Positions 31,133 to 40,224 of a stretch of DNA of 64,000 nt are shown here, in pieces (the first letter of the stretch is position 1; each line of letters opens with the position of its first letter). This stretch comes from an uncultured delta proteobacterium (GTDB lineage: Bacteria; Desulfobacterota; Desulfobaccia; Desulfobaccales; 0-14-0-80-60-11): the NCBI GenBank assembly GCA_963766185.1, contig CAVXZU010000014.1, positions 113,128-177,127 on the forward strand, given 5' to 3'. The notes beneath the pieces were generated by a model, which worked only from the letters and a program-made list of their open reading frames with translations, made no database searches and had not been told where the DNA came from. The translations under genes and the position numbers were made by a program.

Positions 31133-32572
31133 ATGATCGAGGTTGAAGAGAAGCTTATTGATGAGATTACCGCAACGTTCCATTATCTGCGCGCCGGGAA
31201 AGTCCCTGAACCCATCCCGATACCGGATGACCTCCCGGACAACGAGATTCGCCAGCTTCTTACCTATGTGAACCGCTTCCTGGTGGAGTTCGCCATGTTC
31301 ACCGAAGCCATGGCCCAGGTCGCCCAGGGAGAATTGGACCTCCGGCCCCTGGCAAGCCGCCTGGCCGTGACCCATTCCTTCAAGGCCCTCCAATCGAATC
31401 TCAAACACCTTACCTGGAAGACCCAGCAGATCGCTGGGGGGGATCTGGAGCAGCGGGTTGATTTCATGGGGGATTTCTCCATCGCCTTCAACACCATGAC
31501 CGAGCAGCTTAAGGAGTCCCGGGCCCAACTGGTCGACCTGAACCAGCAGCTTGAGCATCGCAATAAGTTCATCCGGGAGACCTTTGGCCGTTATACCGGC
31601 GACGACATCGTGGATGTGCTCCTCGACCTGCCCGAAGGGCTCAAGCTCGGGGGAGAGAAGCGCCAGGTTACCCTCCTGATGTCCGACCTCCGGGGGTTCA
31701 CCGCCCTGGCGGAGCGCCTTGAGGCCACCCAGGTTGTCGCCCTGCTTAACCATTACCTTTCCCGCATGATCGAGATAATCCAACGACGCGGCGGCACCAT
31801 CGATGACATCATCGGGGACGCCATCCTGGTGGTGTTTGGTGCCCCCGTGGCGACGCCGGATGCGGCCCAACGTGCGGTCTGCTGTGCCCTCGAGATGCAG
31901 AAGGTGATGCAGGAGGTAAACGAATATAATTTTCAAAAAGGTTGGCCCGAAATCGAGATGGGGATTGCTCTCCATACCGGCGAAACGGTGGTGGGCAATA
32001 TCGGCTCGGCTAAGCGGTCGAAGTACGGGGTCATAGGTCAGCCGGTCAACCTGACGGCTCGTATTGAGACCTTCACCGTTGGCGGGCAGGTGCTCGTCTC
32101 CCCTACCCTGATTGGCGCCGTTGATCGTGGACTTATCCTCGGTGATGAGGTCAAGGTCCGGGGCAAGGGCATGGAAAAGGCCCTGAGATGTCGTATGTTG
32201 CTGGGCCACGAAGACCACCCGGAGCTCTTGCTCACGGAAGAGGCGGCGAGCTTCATAACCCTTGCCGAACCCATGGCCTTCTCCTTCGTAAGTCTGGCCG
32301 GCAAACAACTTGACGACAAGATGCATCCGGGTACTTTTCTCTCCCTCTCCACCCGGCGGGCGATCATCGAGGTCGCCGACCCACTTGAGTCGTATGCCAA
32401 CATCATGCTGCGGGTGGAGGCCGAGACCGGGGACGCGGCGTCGGAGCTGTACGCCAAGGTGATGCGTCCTCTTGATGAGTCAGCCCGGCGTTACCTGATC
32501 CATTTCACCCTGGTCCCGCCTGCCGTCCAGTCGCGGTTCCAACGGCTGACAGAAGGGATCAAGGGCCCGTGA
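31133..32572 (+). CDS. class III adenylate/guanylate cyclase with HAMP-like linker and unassigned C-terminal domain
   Basis: VTLLMSDLRGFTALAE, IGDAILVVFGAP, GIALHTGETVVGNIGS..RSKYGVIGQPVNLTARIE. The preceding FNTMTEQLKESRAQL resembles HAMP. Confidence 0.88.
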   Translation: MIEVEEKLIDEITATFHYLRAGKVPEPIPIPDDLPDNEIRQLLTYVNRFLVEFAMFTEAMAQVAQGELDLRPLASRLAVTHSFKALQSNLKHLTWKTQQIAGGDLEQRVDFMGDFSIAFNTMTEQLKESRAQLVDLNQQLEHRNKFIRETFGRYTGDDIVDVLLDLPEGLKLGGEKRQVTLLMSDLRGFTALAERLEATQVVALLNHYLSRMIEIIQRRGGTIDDIIGDAILVVFGAPVATPDAAQRAVCCALEMQKVMQEVNEYNFQKGWPEIEMGIALHTGETVVGNIGSAKRSKYGVIGQPVNLTARIETFTVGGQVLVSPTLIGAVDRGLILGDEVKVRGKGMEKALRCRMLLGHEDHPELLLTEEAASFITLAEPMAFSFVSLAGKQLDDKMHPGTFLSLSTRRAIIEVADPLESYANIMLRVEAETGDAASELYAKVMRPLDESARRYLIHFTLVPPAVQSRFQRLTEGIKGP

Positions 32573-32660
32573 GCCTGGATGGATCTTGGGTCCCATCCAT
32601 CGGGTCCGGGTGGTCTTCCTTTGCCTTCGGGCTTATGATATATTTACATTTGCTGTAAGG

Positions 32661-32758
32661 GGAAGTGCGAGGTTCACTGGTGGGGCCCCCGGACTTCAAA
32701 TCCGGTGTGCCGTCTGCTGAAGGCGGTAGGTGGGTTCGATTCCCATGCACTTCCGCCA
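32661..32758 (+). tRNA. selC: tRNA-Sec (anticodon TCA, 32696-32698), CCA encoded
   Basis: GGAAGTGC...GCACTTCC 8-bp acceptor stem, anticodon loop CTTCAAA, long variable arm (tgtgccgtctgctgaaggcggtagg), T arm GGGTTCGATTCCC, 3' GCCA. Same architecture and conserved blocks as E. coli selC (GGAAG..., GGACUUCAAAUCC, CUUCCGCCA). Confidence 0.93.
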
Positions 32759-33021
32759 ACGATTTGCGAGAATGGAGGTCAAATTTTTTGGCCTCCTTTT
32801 TCTTTGGTGAGTAGGTTGTGATGCCAATTTATATGGCCGGGGCTTATATGGACGAAGGCCACTTCACCTACAAATCTAAATCTGAATTCATGAAGGTGGC
32901 CCGGGCGGCGCTCAACCCTTTACAGGCAGCCATCTTTTGGCAAGCGGGCGGTAAACTGACCTGAGCCGATAAGCTGGTGCGTAAGTTTTTTTACCTGGCT
33001 CGGAAGCCATTGACCATCGGG

Positions 33022-33654
33022 CTAAGCGCTCAGTGGATTGAACTGGAGCATTGCTTGGAGCCGTTGGGCCCAGACCGCTGCCTGCTCAGGTTTATGGGCC
33101 TCGGGCAGACCGAGACTCAAAAGACTGGAGCGAGTCTCGTGCCACCGGCGGGCCATGATGGATTTCTGGCCTCGGGTTGCCGGTTCGGGCTCAGCCAGCC
33201 GAAGATAATGGTCGATCATTCTCTCGACGGCATTCCAGAGATGTCTTTCGAAGTAAGGTTTGAGTTCGCCCCAATCCTGGAATGGCTTTATGGTGTGTCC
33301 GTGTTCGGGACTTTCGAGCCGGTCTATAAAGTCGGCGAGACGTGGTTCTCGGTCTTGACATTCCCTGACGTAGATAAGTATTTCCCGGCGGGAATTCTCC
33401 AGGGCGGTTTCGTATTCCAGACAGGTCGGGGAACTGTAAATGCAGCCAAACAAGCCTACATAAATGGGAGCGCGGCGGACGCGATTCAAGAATGTGTCCT
33501 TCACCGTCTCGCGTTCCGGAGACCAGTCCTCGGCAAGATCGGCGGCAAGCAGCGGTAACTTCCGGATTACCTGCTCCATCCCTAAGCGTTCACGTTGAAA
33601 TTCTTTCTGTTTGCTACTGATGAACACTCGCACCACCTCAGAAATTTCAGCCAT
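33022..33654 (-). CDS. DUF4062 domain protein (TIR/flavodoxin-like fold family)
   Basis: 210 aa. VRVFISSKQKEFQRERLGMEQVI...APIYVGLFGCIYSSPTCLEYETALENSRREILIYV matches the DUF4062 signature (VFISS..-ER; Y.G..G.RYG; E...A; L.F). The C-terminal ~90 aa are unassigned. Confidence 0.75.
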   Translation of the reverse strand: MAEISEVVRVFISSKQKEFQRERLGMEQVIRKLPLLAADLAEDWSPERETVKDTFLNRVRRAPIYVGLFGCIYSSPTCLEYETALENSRREILIYVRECQDREPRLADFIDRLESPEHGHTIKPFQDWGELKPYFERHLWNAVERMIDHYLRLAEPEPATRGQKSIMARRWHETRSSLLSLGLPEAHKPEQAAVWAQRLQAMLQFNPLSA

Positions 33655-33690
33655 AGATTTTCTCCCCAGGATACATCAACAGAGAATACT

Positions 33691-36534
33691 TTAGCACGTG
33701 TCGCGCCCCTGCTGTCCAGCCCAGAGGCGCTTTAATTTGTTTAACTTTTGCGAAGGCAACCGGACCCGGTTGGTAGCGCCGTAGAGAGAATAACCGGACC
33801 AGTGGATCGGGTTCGACACATCGAAGCCGACAGCGAGTCCGTGCAAACAATCGAGTTGGGTTTGGCGAAGCGCCTCAGCGCGAGAGAGCGATACAAGCCG
33901 ATCATAATAACGCGCCAGGAACATCGGCGCAAGCCGGTCATCGACTTCCCACAGATTCGCCACAACGCTACGCACTCCTGCGGCCCGGAGAGTCTGGGGT
34001 AAACTTATGACCCAGCGCCCTGGCAAAAGAAAGTTATCCGCGGACCAGCACGACGCCAGCACCGCCTGCTCCACTCTCCGAAGATCGAGCGTATGCAATT
34101 GCCGCAACGTGAGAAATTCTTCTTGATTTCCCTGTATCAGCACGAACCCGGATTGATCAGGTGCATCTACTCGGAACCTGCCATGACAGACGATGTGGAA
34201 AAAGCGGGATTCCGGAAGCAGGCGAATGAGTGAGTCAGAAGTGGGATCAAACTCGTTGCGGGAAGCTATGCCATGGGTGCTGAAATGGTCACTCACCGCG
34301 GTCGCTTCTTCCAGGGCGACTTTGATGGGCGGGTAATCTTCCGTGCCCTTTAGAACGGCAGCAACCAAAGCTTCGCCCTTCTTTGGGGCGGAGGAATGAA
34401 CCCCGCTCATAATGTATTCTACGGAAATTGAAAAGCGCTCGACAAGATATTGTCCACCATAGGGCAAAGCAGAGAACGGCAACCCATGCAAGACATCATC
34501 CGGCATAAAGCGGATTTGCCGTATGCGGGGGGGCAGTGTGCTGAGAAAGGCGGGGAGAGTCAGGGCATAAGCAAGCGGATCAAGGATATCTGACAACATT
34601 TGGCCGGTGGCTCCCTCGAGCACTGACTCATGCCAGTGGCGCACCGCATCCCGGAGCTGAATACGGCTGAGCGCGGCGATCGCGAAGTCAATGGAAAGAG
34701 CTCGAACATGTATGACAATCACTTGATCCGGGAGAACCACAAAGCGGAACGTGGTGCGTTTCCGCCCATGGGCGACCATCCACCGGAAAACCGCAAAGCG
34801 GTTCCACAAAGGTGCCGGGCGAGCGCCAGCCACACGCGCCCCGATTTCGGACTGATAACGATCGAGATAACCCAGAAACCGAAGGAGATCGCGGGTTAAT
34901 TTCCACTTAAGGATCAGGCGACGCAGGATTCCCGAATTTTGGGCTTGTTGGCGAACCGCGGCCAGGCGCACAAATTCCCCGGCGAGAAACTCCTCTTCAA
35001 CCGTCCATTTGTTCAGCTGGTAGATGGCGCGTTCAGGGGGAGGCAGGGTCAGAGTGAGTCGGTTGAGCACGTCATCAGTCTGTGCCCGTAGGAGGGCCGC
35101 CGCCTCTTGGTGACCAGCCCGGGTCTCGCACCAGGACAGGGAACGATACACCTGCCAAAGGAGGCCGGTGGCCTGCATATCAATAAACGCATCGCGGACC
35201 CGCGAGAATCCGCTATAGGCCTTATCGATTTCGTTTTGATAATAGAGGAGGTTGGAGCGCAGGGCATCGAGCAGGGTGTGAATGAGGATTGAATCGGTTT
35301 CGCCAAACGCGGCGTTCAGTTCATCCAAATAGATTTCGGCTGTGGCCCAGTCTGAGCGGTCCAGGAGAAAATGGAACCCGAGGGTGCGATCCTCGAACGA
35401 CGCCAGATAGCTTTGACAAGCCGGGATGTCCATGGGGGAGGGCCAGCCAGAGGTCTCTGCGGCAAGGGGAATAGGCGGGCTCTCCTCGCCGCCCCACATC
35501 TGGAGAACGGACGGGCCAATGGAGATACCGTCCAGGAAAGAACGGGCCCGTCCGGAAGCAAGATATTCCAGAAGCTCCGCCCGGATTTGCAGACGTGCAT
35601 GATTGTTGGTCTCGACCGCGGTCTTGACGCGCTGAATCAACCGGGTGGCCTGCTGGGTTTGATTGAGTATTATGAGGATGCTGGCCAGATTGAGGGAAGC
35701 GTTCAATTCGGCTAATGGGAAAGATCCCTGCTGGCAGGTCTTAATTACCCGTTCGAAGCTTTCCTTAGCCAAGCCCAACTCACCCTGGAGAAGATGCAAC
35801 TTACCGAGCAACTCATCCCGCTGCACCGCAAGGGCTGGATTGGGCTGTTGGTCAAGCTGAGCCTCAAGGTTATCCAGCTCGGAATAAGCCCCCAGCAGAT
35901 CGCCGGATTCGAGGTTTGCCGTGGCGATGACTAGATGGAAGGCCGGTTTGGCTTGAAGGCTAATTTCACCTTGACCGTGCTGGAGGCCGCGCGCCGCGGC
36001 GGTTAGGGCGCAGCGATACTGACCGTTCGCGAGGTGGATGTGCGCCATTTCCAGATAAAGACGTGAAAACATGAGGGATATTTCGTCCGGAGCGCCGGTC
36101 CAGCCATGGCCCGATTCCCATTTTTTGAGGGCCGACTCCGTGAACTCGAGATCGTCAATGTTCCCGGGTGCGCCGTGGAGATTCAGCAGGATTGCGTAGG
36201 CGTCGCGAATCAATCCCTGAGCACGATAAACAGAGGCGAGTTTGAGAGCTGTGAAGTCGGCGCAATAGAGATTTGAGCTGGCCGCGTACCAAGCACGCAC
36301 GGCTTGCAGCAGATTCACAGCCGGGGTGTAAAACCCATACAGGACCGCGAGGTCGGAGAGCCGTTCCAGGGCGACGACGTCAAGGCCCGTGGCTGGACTT
36401 TGGGCGCCGACGCCCGCTTGCAGGCGGGCCACCATCAGATCGCGATAGCTCTGAAAGGCGCCTTCAAAGTCGCCACGCTGAAACTGGTCTTCGGCACGGT
36501 GAAAGGCCGTCCGCACAGCAGTAATATCCATCAC
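33691..36534 (-). CDS. TPR-repeat CHAT-domain (caspase-like) protease
   Basis: 947 aa. The N-terminal ~550 aa are TPR-like helical repeats. The C-terminal CHAT domain has catalytic His (FFHIVCHGRF) and Cys (AVLASCWSAD), then RAAGVRSVVANLWEVDD...FYD. Confidence 0.9.
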   Translation of the reverse strand: MMDITAVRTAFHRAEDQFQRGDFEGAFQSYRDLMVARLQAGVGAQSPATGLDVVALERLSDLAVLYGFYTPAVNLLQAVRAWYAASSNLYCADFTALKLASVYRAQGLIRDAYAILLNLHGAPGNIDDLEFTESALKKWESGHGWTGAPDEISLMFSRLYLEMAHIHLANGQYRCALTAAARGLQHGQGEISLQAKPAFHLVIATANLESGDLLGAYSELDNLEAQLDQQPNPALAVQRDELLGKLHLLQGELGLAKESFERVIKTCQQGSFPLAELNASLNLASILIILNQTQQATRLIQRVKTAVETNNHARLQIRAELLEYLASGRARSFLDGISIGPSVLQMWGGEESPPIPLAAETSGWPSPMDIPACQSYLASFEDRTLGFHFLLDRSDWATAEIYLDELNAAFGETDSILIHTLLDALRSNLLYYQNEIDKAYSGFSRVRDAFIDMQATGLLWQVYRSLSWCETRAGHQEAAALLRAQTDDVLNRLTLTLPPPERAIYQLNKWTVEEEFLAGEFVRLAAVRQQAQNSGILRRLILKWKLTRDLLRFLGYLDRYQSEIGARVAGARPAPLWNRFAVFRWMVAHGRKRTTFRFVVLPDQVIVIHVRALSIDFAIAALSRIQLRDAVRHWHESVLEGATGQMLSDILDPLAYALTLPAFLSTLPPRIRQIRFMPDDVLHGLPFSALPYGGQYLVERFSISVEYIMSGVHSSAPKKGEALVAAVLKGTEDYPPIKVALEEATAVSDHFSTHGIASRNEFDPTSDSLIRLLPESRFFHIVCHGRFRVDAPDQSGFVLIQGNQEEFLTLRQLHTLDLRRVEQAVLASCWSADNFLLPGRWVISLPQTLRAAGVRSVVANLWEVDDRLAPMFLARYYDRLVSLSRAEALRQTQLDCLHGLAVGFDVSNPIHWSGYSLYGATNRVRLPSQKLNKLKRLWAGQQGRDTC

Positions 36535-36552
36535 GACACCGATCAGCCTTAC

Positions 36553-39500
36553 TCAGTGCGAGGCGCGGGTTACCACGATGTAGGCTAACCGCTGGCGCCG
36601 CTTCTTCTCGTCATCTTGCCCCGCTGATGTTGGTAAAATCGCGATTACGGGCGTATAGCGGAACGATTGTTGAGCATGATATTCGTGGTTTGCCAGGCGA
36701 AGGGTAACCGTGGGCTTGGATCCGAAGGCCACAGTGGGCCGAAAATGGGCCAGGTCAACCAGGTCAATTTCATGGATGGAGACCTTTCCGGCGGAGATGG
36801 ACTGGCGTAGGCTGGCCTGCACGGAAGGATTCCAGTCGAGATTGTTGATCCCGGCGCCATCCGGGATATAGACCGGCCTATCCGGGTGGAGCAGCAAGGT
36901 TTCGAGATCAGCGGTCTTGCCTGTGGGAAGCTCTCTGGTTCGATACTCGAAAGTGATTTGTTTCCCCTTCACAACCGGCCGGAGATCCCCTGCGGGCTTA
37001 AACTGGAGGCGGTAGTTGCGCCAGTCGGAAATCGCGGCAAGGTGATGGAGATTTTCCTGGATGGGTTTGTTGCCGATGGAACCTCGGATACGCAGGTTGA
37101 CTTCATCGAAGAAGGCGTTGTACTCACGCATCGGAGTTAAATCCGCCTCTTGAAGACTGGCAATGGCTCGCTCCGGCTTGCCGGCGCTCAGTTCTGCTAA
37201 TCCCTTTCTGGCCATGAAATCCGGGTGTTTCCCATAGAAGAAAATCAAGTCGTCCATTTGACGTGAGGCCAGATCAAACTGGCCGCGGGCCAGATAGGCG
37301 TCATTTTGCTTGAGCTGTTCGCCTAAGAAGGCCTTAAATCGGACCCGGAATTTATCCGGATCAGCAGCGACCTCGCGGGCCGCCTTGAAGTAGTCGCGTT
37401 TCCCCAGGATTTGCTGCAGCCGGGCGGTATCTGAGAATCCACCGCCTCCGCCTGCTCCCAACTCCGCGAGTCGCCCGGGGTTCCCGTGCAAATCCGGGGG
37501 GAGATCCCGGTACCGGATGTAGTAAGAGCCGGTTTTGGGGTCGATATGGCCGGGTAACCGTTTACCACCGATAGTGAAATTCGTGAGGGGGACGCCTTCC
37601 GGGGGGCCGCGGGCGCCGAATTCAACGATGGGTGCTTCGGTAACTGCCGAGGCCGGCTTTATCCTGATGAAGCTTTCGCCAGGGAGGTCTGCCGGGACCT
37701 CGAACGTTTTCGTCCAGGCCACGTCGATGGAAAAAGCTTTGGGGTCCGCTTCGGCGATGCGAGCCTGGCACCCTGGGGAAATTACCTGGCTGTCTCTGGA
37801 GCCCGCCGTGAACCTGATCCAACGGCCGCTGCCGCTCAGTTCAACCGAGATACCCTTCCCAGGCACTAAGATCACTGATTTTACCGCCGGGTCGGATTGG
37901 AGTATTTGGAGGACCTTATCATCACGCGCAATGCTAAGCCGGCGGGCCGCGGTTTGAGCCCAGTCAACATCGCGACTGCGCCAGCCGATTTTGAAGCCCT
38001 GGGTACTGGGGGAGATTCGCAGTTCGCCGACCTCCGCGCCCGCGGCCCTGGTTTGGAGGACAAAGCGATGCGGGGTCCGTTCAATGACAGTTTCGAAATG
38101 AGTGTTTTTGATTTCCCCGAAAATGCCGCGTAAACGGACTTTGGGGCCGGTATGGGCGATAATCTTGGTGACATTACCCTCCACCGGCTTAAAAATGAAT
38201 TTACTCTTGTTGAGCATTTGGATCTCACCGACGCCGGACTCGGCAAAGTCAACAGCTCCCCGGCGAGCCGAGGCGGGGACCTTTTGGGTCAATGAGGCGC
38301 GGAAGGCCAGGGCTTCGCGGCGGGCCAGAGAGACACCCCCCCTCCAAATAATCAGACGGCCGGAAGGAGTATGGAGGATGGGAAGCGCTTCGGTTGAAGT
38401 GCCGGCATAGCCTTGGGGCAGGAAACTGATGGCGTCCCAGTTCCGGAACGTCAGTTCCGGATGCTTGCGGGCCCAGTCAGGGAACTGTTGCGGCTTTTCG
38501 TCAGGAACGTTTTTGAGGAAACCGAGCAGGCTGCCATTACCTTCCGTGTTGAGCCAGCCGATAAGTTGGCTCCACTTCATGATCTCGTTAAGACGTTCAT
38601 ACTCCGGTTCGTGGCGGGCGACCTCTTCAAAGTGGTCGTTCCACCAGGCGATGAATATACGGGTTACGTAGTTGGGCTCGGCTTCGGTACGGTGATCGGC
38701 GTTGGTGAGGAAATCATGGGGCACGGCGAAGACGCGGGTAGCGTTGCGTGCAAATGATATCGAGCCTTTATGTTGGCCTATCTGAAAACCGCTGTCGAGG
38801 GAACCGAGCCATAATCTGGTTTCGCCCAGGTCACGAAATTCCTGGTTATAGTTGACTGGGACAATTATGTCTGGATTGAATGGGAAGCCATCGATCGACC
38901 TGGGGCAGCATTGGTGAAGTCCAGTGCCCACAGCTTCATGAGCAGATCGGTATAGAACAGGACCATGCCGGTTTCGGTGCCTTGGAGTCGACCGTCATAC
39001 CGGGCTGCCTGAATCAGTCCCTTCCAGAAAATATCGCGAACGAGGGGGGAGGATTTATCTCCTGGGATACCGCTGGCCTGGAAGCCATGTAATAACGCTT
39101 GACTTAAGGCCCTTTCATCCTTCGCAGCGATGGCCTCCCGAGCCTTTTTAAAAGCGTTCTCGTCCAACAATATGGAAAGAATAAACTGAGTTTCCAACTC
39201 AATGCACAGCTCTTTGCCGAGGCCTCGGGCTTGGCAGCCTTTAATTAAGGCCTCGATTTTGTCGCCATGGATAAAAGCTTGGAGGGCCTCCTTACCGAAA
39301 ATTTTTTCGGCGTTTTTGCGGACTAACAACAATTCGTTCAGATAGGCGCCCATCTTCTCGAAGTCCATCCGAGGGTCGAGAGAACCCGCTGCCGGTCCGC
39401 TTGCCGGAGGAATCGTTTTCTGATTTCCAGACGGTGGCCACATCCTCGACCCGGATGTGGCGATACGGGCGGCTCAGAAGTTTCCGCCCTCCCAGCACAA

Positions 39501-40209
39501 GAGCGGAACCATCCTTCCGGGCATAGGTGATATCATCGATCTGGCTCATGAAGGCACGGAAGTCAGCGAGTGAGGTGATGGTCTGTTCCCGGTAGCCGTA
39601 GGTTGCGGTGAAGAGGGCCTTGCCTTCAAGGGATTGGCGGCGGGTTACCCGGGCAAACTGCTCGTCAGGGATGATTTGGTATTCGAAGATATGCACAACC
39701 GCGGGGATACTGCCCAAATTCTTGCGCTCTCTATCAGCAATGTGGGCCAGTTGATCGGGGCGCGCCGGGGTTCCCGCCGGAATGAGGGCAATGACCTCAC
39801 CTGTCCCGACGAGGGCGGAACGGGTTTCCCCTGATTCGATAGTGGCAACGCGCCGCAGGTGGTCATTGCGCGCCACCGGTATATCGTAGAGCACCTGGTT
39901 GAGGCTATCCAGAGGCAGGTTGAGCGAAGAGATAATCGAGATCAGCAGCCAATCCCGGTATTGATCAAGGAGATCGCGACGGGAAATCTTGCCGTTTTTG
40001 GTGCGGGAGTTTTCCTCTCGCCAGCCGGCCTGAAGCTCGTCGAGGTTGGCATCAAAGTCGATGGCGCGGACCTGGTCAACCGGAAAACCAACGAATTGAA
40101 GCGTCGCAGCCACTGGTTTGGCGATCGGGCTTAATAACTTTACCATGACAACGACGGCTACCAGGATGACCAAGGTGCTGAGCGTAGCGACGATCCTTTT
40201 GAGGTTCAT
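36553..40209 (-). pseudogene. ~1,200-aa N-terminally TM-anchored protein of unknown function; three overlapping ORFs joined by two frame changes
   Basis: ORFs 39292..40209 (TM helix IVATLSTLVILVAVVVMV), 38865..39443 and 36553..38931 run frame 0 -> 2 -> 0. The tails after the overlaps look like out-of-frame junk (R/S/G-rich). Plausible junctions are ...[28 protein letters not shown] (~39380) and ...[12 protein letters not shown]/(S)[20 protein letters not shown] (~38900, at cgatcgat). The C-terminal part has TPR-like helices. Confidence 0.6.
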
Positions 40210-40224
40210 CTCTGCTTCTCCTTA

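Noticed and set aside
32661-32758. Looked for selenoprotein genes (two same-frame ORFs separated by TGA) near selC.
   Set aside because: No adjacent same-frame ORF pair separated by a single TGA was seen. Every split gene found requires a frame change rather than stop read-through.
32821-32964. A 47-aa ORF (MPIYMAGAYMDEGHFTYKSKSEF...) lies just inside the island next to selC.
   Set aside because: It has no RBS and no recognisable motif, it is short, and it lies in the island-end spacer. The evidence is too weak to call.
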